Shown one piece after another: positions 42,520 through 56,322 of a stretch of 64,000 bases of DNA. Positions within the stretch are counted from its first letter, which is position 1. Every line of letters starts with the position of its first letter. The stretch covers positions 53,196,001-53,260,000 of the forward strand of contig OX597825.1 in NCBI GenBank assembly GCA_951406725.2, written 5' to 3'. The translations under genes were made by a program, and so were the position numbers. A model generated the notes under the pieces. It saw nothing but the letters and a program-made list of their open reading frames with translations. It searched no databases and had not been told where the DNA came from. Origin of the DNA: Octopus vulgaris (lineage: Eukaryota).

Positions 42520-45500
42520 CGTCAGTATGTGTATATATCAACACTCTTTTACACATGGGTGTGTATAAATCATGTTTTCATGAAGGCTTTCATTTGTACA
42601 ATACATATTCACCTGTCGTGGACATTTAGATAAAACGTGGGTACAGCATTGAAGTATGATATCTTTTCTATTAAGATTCATGTTTGAGAGCGCTTATATG
42701 TATACGTCTTAACTCTTACACAAGCTAGCAGAGTGTTTCTCAGTAAAAACAAAAATAAATCAAGCTACTTTCAGTGCTTATTGCTTATTTTATTGCCTCT
42801 TATACACCCTGTCAGCTTTTGCTTCACAACAATGAACTCTCACTTAACCACTTGGAAGTAAGTGTCTTCTTTTTCGTTTCATACCTCATACTGTTGGAAA
42901 CAATTGATGCTTTTCTTCGTCCAGAAAATGCCAATGTAAGCTAGCTAGTTATATTTCCTGCTTCCAGTCGATTTGCAATATATAGTAGTCTAAACATCAA
43001 GTAACTCCATAAAAACGGTAGAATGTATTGGATAACATCGACTGAGACATCGTGCGTCTGAAATTATCGTAAGATGTTCAAAGTACAAATAATATGCGGT
43101 AACCACTACATTGTAGCTGATCCGTTTGTGATATGTGAACAACAAAAAACGTCATAACTCTGTCAATGACTGAAATAGCAGTTTCAGTTAGTATCAAACA
43201 AGAATCATGTCTGTGGAAGATATTATGAAACGATTTGTCGATGTTTAACTCGGAATTCTGTTCTTTAATTCGGTATAGTCATCAAAACTAAGGGTATTGT
43301 CAATTGTGAGACTACTTGCCTTCAAATCTGGCACTATTAGACTTTATATTCTTTTGATGTTAATAACACATTTTCATCACAGCATTGGGATTCGTCTAGC
43401 ACTTATATTACATGCTTGTATTTATCTCTGCTCTTTTCATATAATAAAAACATATTAAATGATCCATACTGACGATTTATTTTCATCTGTTTTTGGACAT
43501 CAGCATATTTGAGTAATTTTCTCATCCAGCAGCGAAACATATTCATTACACACAAAATCAAAAACTTACAGTTGTATTATGCTATTTGATTAAAATCTTG
43601 TGTTATTTCCGTTCCCTTACATTACGCATTCCAATATGTATATGCTCAGTTTTGTTTTAACATCTTCTACAGTTTAACATTGAAATATATTTTATTCTTC
43701 TTTAAACTATTCCCAATAAGAAAATTTTTCTCTTTTATGTTTTGGTAATTCGTGATATTTTTGTGTGTAATCCTATGAGAATGGCTGCAGAACTTTTGTT
43801 CCATTAAAATGTATATATTCCATGAATAAAAAAATTATTTCAGAATTCTTATGATTTGGCGTCCGCATTTGCAGTTTTACCGCATGGAACAAGTGATGGA
43901 GCCAAATTTCGCATAACTACCAAAATATCCTACAAATGCAGATATCTGAATATCTGTATGCCAATGTATATGTGTGTGTCCGTCACCATGTTTATGTGTG
44001 AATATGCGTATTTTATGTACATATAAAACATCTATTTATGTATTTATATGCGTGTGTATTTACATAGGTGCATATGTGAGTTTTCACCTTTATAGATAAA
44101 TACATAGTTATATGTACTTAAGCATGCATACGAACATAAATACATATATACGTATGCATACTTGTAAACATACATACTTTCATATGTGTGTATGAATGTA
44201 TGTATATTTGTGTTAATGTATGCATGTAAGTTTGAATGTCTGTATATATTTATAAGTGGCTCCGCACTTGTAACATACACTGGCTTATCTGTGTACATGC
44301 TTGCTGTGCTCAAAAAGGTATGGGTTGTGCCGGAGTTTTATGAGATATTTGTGTACTTTATCCAATTTCCTGCATTCAGCAGAAAATCTGAGCTTTTGAG
44401 CTATTGTATTCACTATTCGAAATTCTTGATTACTAAGTAATGAGATGCATCAAGCTCGAACTCGTAACTGTATATTAAGCATGTTCTCTGAGTAAGGTAT
44501 TGAGAATCCTGTAATTTCATTGTATTAGCGTTTACAGGATCAACCATATATTTATTTATGTATGCATGTATCTATGTATCTATCTTTCTATTTCTCTCCC
44601 TCTCCCCCCCTCTCTCTCTCTGTCTTTATATATATATATGCGTTTATATATATATATATATATAAGTATAATATTGAGTACATGCATATACACATCCATA
44701 CATATAATATATGTATACAATATATTGTAATAAGTGCCAGTTCATGTGCTATTTATGTATCTAATGCCGCAAATATTCAACCACTGTTTAAGGTGCTGTA
44801 ATCTTGATAACCTTCGTTGACGAAACTAGACTGGTTGCCCCTGAACTAAGGTGAATATAATGCTTTATTTTGAAATGCCGCTGTTTGGGTGTGACCTTTG
44901 TCTCTCACCCTAGTTAGTCATAACTGTAATAACTATGTTGCGTAAATAACATTGTTTTCGTTCATAACTCAATTAACATTTAGAAACATTTAAGAGAACA
45001 ATATTAATGATATTTTGCCTTTATTTGGAGTTAATTGTACGCAATATGTCACGTTTCAAATATAGTAAATTTAAGCTGAAATGTAATTAAACTTTGTTGA
45101 CCTAAGACTGTGTGTTTCCTCATTAAAAAAATAAAATGTATGGAAAATAAAAATATCTAAATTAATTAACCACATAATATAAAACAAAACAATGAAACTT
45201 GAATTGAAATTCAATGTAAGAAACGACAAACTTATTTATGTATATAATAAAGAAGACGTAAAAAGAAATTTGTAACTTCGACTCCAGGAATGAAACTTAC
45301 TTACATTGCAAAACGTATAGCTTCGCCATATGTTAGGGAAAGGGAGAAATTCCAGTTCCCATATATTTTAAGGTTCTTGGATATGTGCATTAATTTTTTA
45401 TAATGTTAAAATGTCTATATAAGTATATTTTTTTCTGTTAGTGTAGTCTGTCTCTGAATGTTTAGTTTTTTCAGTGTAATGTACGTTTTGCAATGTCTTT

Positions 45501-46799
45501 TGTGTGAAGTCGTACATGAAATATGAGGGATTATGAAATATGTGCATTGTAACAACTTTTAAAATGTCATACATGTTTGAATATACTCAGGTAGACGTGG
45601 AAAACTAAATCACGTTCGGTGCTCCTTTCTATGGATGTAATTTCAATGCTGTGTGTGACGTCCAGGATTATTCTAGCTAACACCTGAGTACGGAAGAATG
45701 ACGAATTTTGAAAATAGATATCTGCATAGTAATATGTGTTAACTTGAATGATAGCGAGTATGTTAATATTGATGGAGAAGAATTTGGGGGAAATAACTGA
45801 AGTCTGGGTTACGTCAGAATTGATTGGAGAGTGTCGTCAGCACACACCACGAAAAATCTTTTCTTGTGAAGTCATTCAGGTGGAAAACTTATACAACTTT
45901 GCAGAAAATTTTAATAACAATGCCAAAAGGTATACCTATGTTTGAAAAGATTGCTTTTTTTGGAATTATTCAAGGTGACTAACCCAATATAGAAACTGCA
46001 GAAAGAGAGCCTCTCAATGTGATGAAGAGATGATAGTTGTATTGTGACCTGAAGTCAATTGTCCAAAGTAACATGCAATGGAATCGAACACAGAAGGACA
46101 CGGTTTCAGAGCAAAGTATTTAACAACACAGCTATGACGATTTACGTTTGCGGTTGTTGATAATACACTGTGCTGTTTCTTATTGATTGATGTTATTGTT
46201 GTAGATATTTTCATTTTTACATCAACTCCAATATCCATGACCTTTCATATCTTCCTCGGGATAATTGAGGTTGAAACACTTCAGGCGATTACTTCAGGCG
46301 CATGACTGACGCAGGTGAAGGGAGCGTAGTTCTCGAATGCAACAATACTGACAAGTGGCTAATTAGTAAATATTTTGACATACACGTAGATAATTGATCC
46401 TCAATAGATACTAAGAAAAAAAGAAGGGTCGTGAAAGCATATTTGTCCCAGTTTATCATGCAAAATTTAAGATGGGGCATTTTGTGAGGATAGGGAATAT
46501 AAGATATGATCTCGAGATACTGAACATCAACGATAAGTTGTCACAATGTACCAAAACGTAGGAATACAAGCTGGATGTGTCCTCTAGGATGAAACGAGTA
46601 ACTAATGTCATTAGCGCTTATGTGATGGGTAAGAGAAGAGGCATTGATTATATGCTGGAAGAAGAACGTGGAAGACGAAAAGGAGGAGGAGGAGATTATG
46701 GTAACGGCGACGATGGTGTTCATAACGATAGGGACTACTGTAGTTATCTGCATCATCTCGATTGTGATGAAGATGAGCATCACGATTATCTTTTATTAG

Positions 46800-47155
46800 T
46801 TACTTGTTTCAGTTATCAGACTGCGGCTATGCTGAAGCGCTGATTGGTGAATTTTTATTAAGTCTAGTAATTATTCAATCGGTCTCATTTGCCGGACCGC
46901 TCCGAAACAGAGAGGTAAATAAAATCGGCAGTGGCGGACAGCTACAGGAACAATTACACATATACACTCATACACATAGAAATATATTTACATATACACA
47001 CACACGCACACACACGACGGGCTTCTTTAAGTTTCCATCTACCATATCCATTCACAAGGCTTTAGTCGACTCGAGGTTATAGTAGGAGACACCGAATGTG
47101 CCATGCAGTGGGACTGAAAACGGAACCATGTGATTTGAAAACAACTACACGGCCA
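46800..47155 (-). mobile_element. SINE family A, diverged copy
   Basis: Collinear with 23899-24289 (ttgtttcagt..gactgcggc..acgacgggcttcttt..gcagtgggactgaa..ggaaccatgtg). Confidence 0.8.
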
Positions 47156-47977
47156 TACGTAGGATAAGTTTCATTGAAATCATCCTGTTGAGAACAGCAT
47201 AGAGTGTTGTAATGTTATGTGAAAGTGCAGTATAGTGTAGTATAGTGCAATGTACTGTAATATAGAGTCATGCAGTTTAAATCTAATGTAGTGTGTATAT
47301 TTCAGTGTAGACTTGTTAATTATATTATAGAAGTGGAGTGAAACTTTTTTCCTTCGTTAACTATCTCTATTAGGCAGTAGTGGAGCCTTATTTTATTGTT
47401 ACATGCTCATTCGAACTGAGAATTATGTTTGAAGTACACACACACACACGGAGTACACAGCCGCTTTCTAATTGTTTCAGTAAGAATCTCAATTTGTGGA
47501 AGAACTAAATGCTCGTAATCTTTGAGATCGACATAGACACTGACATATTTTAGATTGATGTAAAGATGTGTTTGCCGTGCAACCTTTAAAGGGAATAAAA
47601 AAAGAAGTCAGTTTGGTAGCATCCAAACTTTTGGCGGGAAGTTTATTACTGACAAAAGTCTATGTCGTGGTGCTAATATATATTTCTTATTGATTTAAAT
47701 ATAATCCTTTACACGATTTTATTTTTAATCTGAAGACTACTTTATTTCAGTATATCGCTGATAAGGTGTAATTACGTTTTTGCCAACCTTTACGATGTTG
47801 TATGCTACCTTATCACAAAGTACATGTACTTAAAGAGTACATGTTACACACATGCGGATTATAATTGATATACATAGCTCAGATTATAATCTTACAATCA
47901 TAAACTAAGTTAATCCTTTGCGAAATCATAGGAATGCTGTTCTATCTAGCGTTGGTATTCTTTCAGAAGGAATTGAA

Positions 47978-49130
47978 AGTCCACAATATTAGCCGATCGT
48001 TCCTATCTACATTTCACAATGATAGAATAGAGTTTTCGATATCCGAACTGACGTACGGAAGCAACAATGTAAAAACCATAAATGCAAGGCAAGATAACTC
48101 TAAGTTACACCATGTCGTCTTGTATAAAATGGTTGCGAATGCATAATAAAATATTTTACACAGAAAAAGCCCTTACCAAGAGTGGAAGCTAAAAATACGT
48201 TTGAAGTGCTTGCGTCGCGAGCCATAGTGCAATGGCAAAAGCAATGCTGTGATTTTACTGCATGATCGGTCTTGACAATAAAATATTCTGTGTGTAGACC
48301 GTATCTCAGAAAAGAGCAAGCATAGAAGAAGTTCTCTTATAAATGGTGCAGAGAATCGATTGAGACATGTCACTAGTAGAGGTAGGATAACCTTGGTTTG
48401 TAGGTGCAACATCTATGCGTTACCTAGGTGGGATTTGCCGTAAGAGAGATGTATAATATTTCGTGAACTGGAGAGGGAGCCGCAAAATAATGCTTTCATA
48501 CAGATACAGAAAGTATGTAAAAGAATTTTAAACCAAAGAACAAAGAACTAATCTTCAGGAAATACTAAAGAAAAATAGTTATTGTTTGGTTGAAGAGATT
48601 AGAGCTGCAGTGGCTTTGATACAGTGGACATATAGATGAAGGCGCGACAAAAGGTGAGCTCAAAAACAAAGAAAATATATTCAGTATGATCTCTATTATT
48701 GTTTGAAATTACTTTCTTCGATTTAATGTTGCGCGGCAACGCTGTGGAAGGGAATGGACAGTCATATTGGAAAACATTGATATCGTCCAAACCTTCAGTC
48801 CACAGATGCAAGTTTGTTATGTGGCGCTATCTATATATCTGTCCACCTTTCAATGTACGCATATGTGTGTGTGTGTGCGCGCGCGTGTGTGTGAATCTGA
48901 CTGTCTCTCTTTACCTTCCACTCTTGGTAAGGGCTTTTTCTGTGTAAAATATTTTATTATGCATTCGCAACCATTTTATAGAAGACAACATGGTGTAACT
49001 TAGAGTTATCTTGCCTTGCATTGATGGTTTTTACATTGTGGCTTCCGTACGTCAGTTAGGATATTGAAAAATGTATTCAATCATTGTGAAATGTAGATAG
49101 GAACGATCGGCTAATATTGTGGACTATCTG
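47978..49130. mobile_element. Non-autonomous Tc1/mariner-type DNA transposon with perfect 45-bp inverted repeats
   Basis: 47978-48022 agtccacaatattagccgatcgttcctatctacatttcacaatga is the exact reverse complement of 49081-49125; the right end continues ..atctg|ta (TA-CAG terminus). Confidence 0.8.
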
Positions 49131-50154
49131 TATATATGCATGTATGTATATATTTTTAAGTTAGGTTAGGTTGTTGCACCCACGATCGCAAGATCCTAAT
49201 TTCACTTTCAGGCCAGAGTGGTACGTTGTACTCTTGAACAAAACGGTTCATATTTCACGCTGCTTTGCAATCGCTTCAATACTTCCCATATGGTACACTG
49301 GGCAACTTTTCAGATTTATGCCGATATAATGCCGATATATGCCGGAGGGGGTGTACATATATATATTACACACACACACACATATATATTACATACACCA
49401 GCCGGTAGAATTCTATTATGTCTATTCTAAAACATAAGGAAATATTATAAGAATACACACATATGCAAAGACTGATTATTATACACATATAGGCTAGTAA
49501 TACATAAAAGAGTAAAAGATCAGTTACTTACGGCAGTTTCTGCCAAGAGACCACGATATCCTCCATGCTACCACCATCTCTTCAGTGTTCTGGAGGGACG
49601 GATAGATAAAGTTTGTATGTTGAGTGTGCCTCTAGGCTTCTTGAAGAAGCCTAGAGGATCACTCATTTTTGTATCCCCTCCATATTCTTTTTTGCCGTAT
49701 AAATTAAGGGTAAACCACATTTTACCCCTGCCTTATATGTCACTCGATTGCGAAACTGCCACGCAATAACCAGCATTTGGGTATTAATAATTGGGTACAT
49801 TACCAGCAGTGTATTGGATCAGTACTATCCCTTAGTTGGTTTGGCTTCCGAACCTCCAATCCTCACGGAAATATATGTATGTATGTATGTATGTATATAT
49901 ATTTGTATGTATGCATGTATGTATGTATACTTCACAGACGGGATCCAGATATTCTCCGTCTAGAAGAGAGTTAGTAGAGCTCCAAAGATTCAAACCTAGA
50001 TTTCGATGTTTTCACAGGAGATCGCTCCACAAGGTACGGAAATACTATAAGAGAGTTCACGTTGAGCGGGCATAGAAGAAATTGTGTGGATAAACAAATT
50101 AGACATAGCAAATACCTTAGATATATCAAATAAATCAAATACAAAATACGTATA

Positions 50155-50342
50155 TATGCATACATACAAAACGTGATAAAACAAAAACTGGACACTTTCA
50201 GATGGTGAATTTGTATGTGTAAATAAATAGATATTCATATTAATAGGATATTAATAAAATATATAAATAGGATATTAATACATATAAATTCACCATCTGA
50301 AAGTGTCTAACTTTTGCTTTATCATGTCTTGCATGTATACAT
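50155..50342. repeat. ~60-bp imperfect inverted repeat around an AT-rich spacer
   Basis: gacactttcagatggtgaattt.tatgt at ~50191 is mirrored by acata.aaattcaccatctgaaagtgtc at ~50280-50307. Confidence 0.8.
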
Positions 50343-50354
50343 TCTTTGATTCTT

Positions 50355-50873
50355 TTTTTTTATTTGTTTCAGTCACTTGACTGCGACCATGCTGAAGCAC
50401 TCCCTTTAGTCGAACAAATCTACCCCAGGACTTATTCTTTATAAGCCTAGTATTTACTATATCGTTTAACACACCAACGTCGGTTGTGAACTGATGGGTG
50501 TGGGGATAACACAGACATACAAACATATACATGTATATATATAAGCAGGAGTGGCTGCGTGGTAAGTAGCTTGTTTATCAACCTCATGGTTCCGTGTTCA
50601 ATCCCACTGTGTGGCGCCTTGGCGAGTGTCTTCTACTATAGCCTCGGGCCGATTAAAGCCTTGTGAGTGGGGTTGGTAGACGGAAACTGAAAGAAGCCCG
50701 TCGTATATGTTTGCCCCCCAACATCGCTTGACAACCGATGCGGTTAGGCAAGAGAGACCAATAGAATAAATACTAGGCTTACAAAGTAAATGTCCTAGGG
50801 TCGACTTGCTCGACTAAAGGCGGTGCTCCGGCATGACCGCAGTCAAATGACTGAAACAAATAAAAAATAAAAG

Positions 50874-50928
<55 letters not shown>

Positions 50929-51085
50929 GCAGGATTCTTTCAGCTTCCGTCTACCAAATCTACTCAGAAACCTTTGGTCGATCCGGGGCAATAGCATAAG
51001 ACACCAAGGTGACACGCAGTGGGACTGTACCAGGAACCCTGTGGTTGGTATAAAAGCTCCTTACTACATAGCCACTCCTGTACCT
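50355..51085 (-). mobile_element. SINE family A copy split by a nested insertion (3' half 50355-50540, 5' half 50927-51085)
   Basis: The two halves are collinear with 23899-24289. Confidence 0.8.
50543..50876 (+). mobile_element. SINE family A, nested antisense inside another copy
   Basis: gcaggagtggctgcgtggtaagtagc..gtgttcaatccc..gcagtcaaatgactgaaacaaataaa. Confidence 0.88.
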
Positions 51086-54000
51086 ATATAGTAACATATT
51101 TTATATTTGATGGTGTTAATATATTTTGTTTTTACTTCGTTTATCCACACAACAGCGTGTATTCGGGGAAGAATCTCGTAATGTGTATTCTACCCTATGA
51201 GTGCTCACATACGACACGGATGTGGCTGAAAAATATTCAACTATATAAAATCATAAAGAATGATCTTGTATAATGTTATATGAATATATATACACGACAC
51301 TTTAACGCTGATGTGCCGTGCAGAAAAAATTTTGTGACCTACATTAAATTCTGATAACTTCCATTCCCTTGTCATATCATTCTTCTGTGTGTGTGAGTGT
51401 GTGTGTGTGTTTGTAATTTCTGTGTTAGCCCTAGCTGTGTACAAAGAAGCTCTAAATGATATAAAGATGTTTAAATAGTACCAGTCTTGCAACTAGAACT
51501 CCCGTCATACATGTTTTGGAAATCCCGTGATTTATGATATTATGTGATTTGATTCCAAACTGTGAATCGAAAATCCTGTCACGAAATCGATTCACCAAGC
51601 AGAAATTGTAACGTCCTGTTGTCTGCCACAAGGAAATACAGAGACAATAACAAACTGACTTTACTGACTGCAAACACACACTGTGAACTTGATGGACTCT
51701 CTTTTACCAACAACATACACCAAAATAACATTGAAAAGTAATTATTGACGACTTTTTTTAGAAAAGCAATATTTTTATATCGTTATATTGATCTCCTGAA
51801 TACTAAATACACAACAAAACAATGGAATGGAAAAAATGTTGAAATATACGAAGAAGAACAACAATTTGAAAACATTTAAACTTTGGATGTAGTTAATTTT
51901 ATGAATATTAATAAACGCTTCATTTATTTGCCACCGGGGACTATTCATACAAACAATAGACTTGTTACAATAGAAGATCAAAATATGTGTTGTAGGGCGC
52001 TACAATGTTATATAAAATCAGGGATAGAGTAGAGGCGCTGCACAATATATAATAATAAGTAGCAATTGTATAAAACACTATAAGATTTTTTCGAAGACAT
52101 AAGGAAACAAGTATGACTACCCATCTGTGTCTGATTAAATAGCTGTTACTCGGTTTGGAACAAAATTTTCTACGAAATTGAACTGTCTCTGCCCCCCCAC
52201 CAACTCTGTATATACCATGGAGTAAGACATGGCTTAATTCAATGTGACAGTGAAAATTTCAGGCGTCTGATTAACGCGGAAGGAACCCATGACTTTCAAA
52301 ATAAAGGGGTCCATAACACTCCCATATTGTTGCTAATAGTCTACAGAAGTTTCAAGTGAGGAAATAGTCACATATTTTGAATGGAAAATAGTTTTTCTCC
52401 ACCAGATTAATTAGATTCAAAATTATATTATAAGTTATATTGTATTTATATTTAAATTTTCTGATTAATTTAGCATCAGTTATCATTATTGTTTTTTGGC
52501 GTTAGAATCTTGTGTCGGCCTATTTGACAACTAACACCGGTGACAGAATGTTTGCTGACAATTTCCTTATTAACATGTGAATTAATGTTTATCGATTGTT
52601 AACATTTGTGTAATATGACAAGGTAACATGACACTGGTAATTGCTTGTTTAAATCAGCTTGTTTTCTGCCTTACATACCGTATTTCTGAAGAAAGATGGC
52701 TAAGTCGTGGCTGCAACGCCTTCTAAGGTAGATCTATTCTTTAGCCATGACCAGCATTGCGTCCAAACTAACAGCCATGATAACTGTAATAATAATACAA
52801 ACAACGATAACAATGAAACTATAACAAAATTAATAGAACAATCTCCAACACCAAAATACTAATTTCAAGCACACACAGAAGACTTCTGGAGATAAATGAC
52901 ATTAGTTAAAACTATATTGTTCCTTGCAAACTTGAGATATTATGTAAAACACTTATAGAAGCTTTGGAGACAATATATTGGATTTCATTCAAAGAGAAAT
53001 AGGGCTTGAATCCTTAGAAACCTTCTTTTCTCAACTAAATCGCCTAGATGATGTGTAATATTTTCCCTTATAGTTTCTAACCGCATTAGAAGTCTTATGT
53101 GGTAATGAATTTTTTTGATGGTGATAGACTTTGAATGCAGAATATAATGCAATGGATATTTATGATGTTACACTCGTAGACAGAAACGGAGGACGTTTAC
53201 TATTCGATTGAGACACTTCAAATTACCTCAGTACACCTCTGATTGTTCGTTGTTGAACGGTCCTATAACGATCTTGAAGTATGAGAGCGGGTTTGCAATC
53301 TCAGAGTATTAAGGAATATATATATATAAAAAAACGAACACAATTTCAAGCTCAACTTCTTACCGAAGAGGATATATTGATGGCGCAGTCAAATAGCAGT
53401 TAACCTGTGACACCTTCCACACTACTTCCATATTTTCAACATACAGCACAACTACACTATAACTACACTTATAGCTACAGTAAAAATCGCAAACTCAGAA
53501 AATTTCCATGATATATAAAGATGGTAAATTCTTAGTTAATGGACACAGTTATCTTTTATCACGTTTCTAATGAAACTGTAGTGTTTCCTTATAAAGATTT
53601 AGAGAACATCTTCACGACATTTTATGAAAAGCTGGTTCTACTAAAGAACGGAAATAACGAAGAAAGAAACGAAGAAAGAAAGAATAAGCGAAAGAGAGAC
53701 GAAATACAAAATGAAAGGTAGGAAAAAAAAGAAGATGAACACAGGAAAATTATGAAGATAGACATAGAAAGGAGTAGAGATAGACAGAAATAGATAGCTA
53801 GAGATTAAAAGGGAAGAGAGGAAGAAAGAGAGGGAATGAAAAACCATAAAAATAATGAGTAAAAATAGTGCGGGAAGTAATAGGTTTTTAAAGTAAATCA
53901 TATATGTAAGTTAAGTACGCGAATTAAATAGGAGGTTCATGAGGGAAGCCGTATTGCAATAACACTTTCCAATCTTATAAATGGCTTCTCATCAAGACAG

Positions 54001-55219
54001 CTATGAAATTATTAGCTTAAAGATGGGAATTAAATGGAAATTCCGACTGAAGAATAAAGTAATTCCAATAATACTCATCCAGATCTTTACCATTTGAAGT
54101 ATTGTATAAACGATCTTACAGCCAGGATCAATTTTGTTTCATGAAACACTTGTTCAGTTTTCCGCCATGAAAACTATAGACATTCAACAAACACTAGGTC
54201 CATGTATGATTGTATTATACATACACACATACATACATGCACACAAACATACATACATACACAACATAAGCACACACACATATATAGACATATATGTATA
54301 TATATATACACACACACGCACGCACATACACACACACATGTATATATGTATGTATGTATCTATCTATACATATGTATTTATATATAAATATGTATACACA
54401 CGTCTGTTTAAGGATATATTATTTTTAAGTTTATCTTTACAGGTTTTCTCTGTATTCGTTGCTAAGCGTGTAAATATGAGTGTGACTGCGTATGTGTGTG
54501 TGTGTGTGTGTGTCTGTGTGTCTGTGTGTATGTGTGTATGTGTGTATGTGTTTGGCTGTATGTGTGAGTGTCTGTGTGTTGTATAATAACAGTTTGAATA
54601 AAATACGAGTGTGGACTAGAGTATGTCCGTGTCGCCTCTATATGTTTTCCGTCTTTCGGCAGGTTTTTGGACACACATCGTCCTACACAAACAGACATCT
54701 ATATCATAAGCTATACAAAAATTAAATATGTATGTATATACATATATATATACATATATACATATACATATATACATACATATATATACATATATACATG
54801 TATATATGTATATATGTATATATACATATATGTACACACACACACACACACACAGACACACACACACATATATATATATGTATATATATATATATAGGAA
54901 GAATAATCCAGGATTGCACATCGAATACATTTACGCATTAACCTATGCTAGGATTCAGACACAGAGGGCAAATATGAAAGCGAACTATGAATAAGTAGAA
55001 GCTTACTTACTTTTTATTCTCTTTCATGTATTTCCTTTGTGTCTGCAGCAACAGATAGCTTAATGTATACGTTTCTGCCTTTCTACCCATTCTTCTCTCT
55101 GATCCTAGCTACGTCGCTCTGTATGCCTGCTTATTGCTCAATCTATGAATGAAATATACATACATATAAGGATAAGTATATAAGCTTGTGTGCGTGTGTG
55201 TGTTCCACATTTATTCAAA

Positions 55220-55273
<54 letters not shown>

Positions 55274-55335
55274 ATAGAAATGGCAAGACAACAAAAGAAT
55301 GAAAGAGACCTCGATATTATGTAAATAGAGGAATT

Positions 55336-55889
55336 TATCTGCAAATATAATATTTGGCAATTATTCGGTAGCCATGATAACCCTCCGAGGTTCGGATGTC
55401 GAGGCGGAAACCTATGCCTGCATCTCTTCAGTTATCGGGCCATCGAAAAAAATGCTATGAAAATGACAGTTAAAAAAAAGGGAAATTACTGTGTGGTTGA
55501 CTGTTATTAAAACAAAAGAGCTATTATAATGACTGCTAAGTAAGGGCATGGAGTAAAATTTAAGGGAGTAAAAATATAGGCGCATGTAGGTGGGTGTGCA
55601 GGCGCGCATTCATATGTATGGTCATGCGAGCTTACGCGATTACTATGAACATTTTTACTCCCTTAACTTTACTCAATCCTCTTACTTAGTTGTCATTCTA
55701 ATAGCTCTTTTGTCTTAATAACGGTCAATCACACAGTAATTTCCCTCTGTTTTAACGGTCGTCTTCATAGCATTCTTTACGATGGCACGATAACTGAAGA
55801 AATTCCGACATAGATTTCCGGCCCGACATCAGAAACTCGGAGTTATATCATGGTTACCGAATAATTGTCACATAATATATTTACAGATA
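55336..55889. mobile_element. Inverted duplication (arms 55336-55576 and 55650-55889) of a Penelope-LTR-like element, each arm with a hammerhead-like motif
   Basis: Arms are reverse-complementary over ~240 bp; gataaCTGAAGA..CATC.GAAACTCGGAGTT at 55789-55849 (+), mirrored at 55376-55436 (-). Confidence 0.8.
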
Positions 55890-55939
55890 CATATATATGG
55901 TCCGGGTTCAATCCCACTTCATGGCATCTTGGGCCCGTC

Positions 55940-55999
<60 letters not shown>

Positions 56000-56079
56000 C
56001 TGTGTGTGTGTCTGTGTGTGTGTGTGTGTATCTGTATGTAAGTATGTCAGTCTGTGCATGTGTGTTTATATATTTTATC

Positions 56080-56322
56080 TACTACTTGTTTCAGTCATCA
56101 GACGGTGGCCATGCCGGAGCACCGTCTTGAAGAATTTATTCGAATATATCGACGCCTGTATTTTACGTAAGCCTGGTACTTATTCAAGCAATTTCTGTCT
56201 ACCAAGTCAATTCACAAAACGGTGGTCGTCCCTTGGCTATAGTAGAAGACACTTTCCTAAGTTGCTACGGAATGGTATTGAACCCTGAACCATGTGATTC
56301 GGAATTATGCTTCTTACCGCTG
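56080..56322 (-). mobile_element. SINE family A, deleted and diverged copy
   Basis: tacttgtttcagtcat..ggccatgccggagcacc..ggctatagtagaagacact..gaaccatgtg. Confidence 0.7.

Noticed and set aside
54425-54480. Splice-acceptor-like tctttacag (also cttttgcag at ~35650)
   Set aside because: No convincing donor or coding frame follows; such strings are expected by chance in AT-rich DNA.
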